Source: Spirochaetaceae bacterium
GTDB taxonomy: Bacteria > Spirochaetota > Spirochaetia > DSM-2461
Direction: 5' to 3'
Assembly: GCA_051531975.1 (NCBI GenBank)
Contig: JAOPTT010000006.1
Location: forward strand, 320,656 to 384,655
Length of the DNA stretch: 64,000 bases
Of the stretch, positions 63,867 through 64,000 are shown piece by piece. The stretch's first letter is position 1, and each line of letters opens with the position of its first letter. The notes beneath the pieces were generated by a model. The model made no database searches, was not told where the DNA came from, and saw only the letters and a program-made list of their open reading frames with translations. Both the position numbers and the translations under genes were made by a program.

Positions 63867-64000
63867 AGATAATAAGAAAAACAAATATGAGTATCTAATA
63901 AGAACAGAGAAGTTATGTAAATCTTTTGGTCCACTAGAGGTTTTAAAAGATGTAGACCTTTCTGTTAAAAAGGGAGAAGTAATATGTATTATTGGTCCCT
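63859..64000 (+). CDS. Polar amino acid ABC ATPase (GlnQ-like), 3'-truncated by the window edge
   Basis: MNKDNK...LCKSFGPLEVLKDVDLSVKKGEVICIIGP, the start of Walker A. Confidence 0.88.
   Translation, partial: MNKDNKKNKYEYLIRTEKLCKSFGPLEVLKDVDLSVKKGEVICIIGP

Overview
An AT-rich bacterial chromosome segment, mostly housekeeping. The gene order (ispE-spoVG-rplY-pth-tilS; rplU-prp-rpmA-obg-nadD-yqeK-LCP-rsfS; rpsO-pnp-dut-lptF/G-tgt; cheX) suggests a free-living spirochete; this is an inference. I found no rRNA, tRNA, IS, prophage or CRISPR. The standout is a tightly packed eight-gene operon at 48456-54068: cydA-cydB-rnfD-rnfG-rnfE-rnfA, a small Cys protein, and a minimal rnfB. CydA keeps its heme ligands but has lost almost the whole quinol-binding Q-loop. 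RnfD lacks its flavinylation motif, RnfG keeps its motif, and rnfC is absent. Together these suggest a quinone-independent Rnf-to-cytochrome bd oxygen reductase. Other observations: a 28-bp tandem hairpin array carrying SD/anti-SD and GGA motifs downstream of a csp gene; about eight apparently leaderless genes, including lepA, ispE and cheX; a PdxR-like regulator lacking the PLP lysine; a probable KDPG-aldolase pseudoenzyme; and a Prp protease next to an L27 with no cleavable extension.
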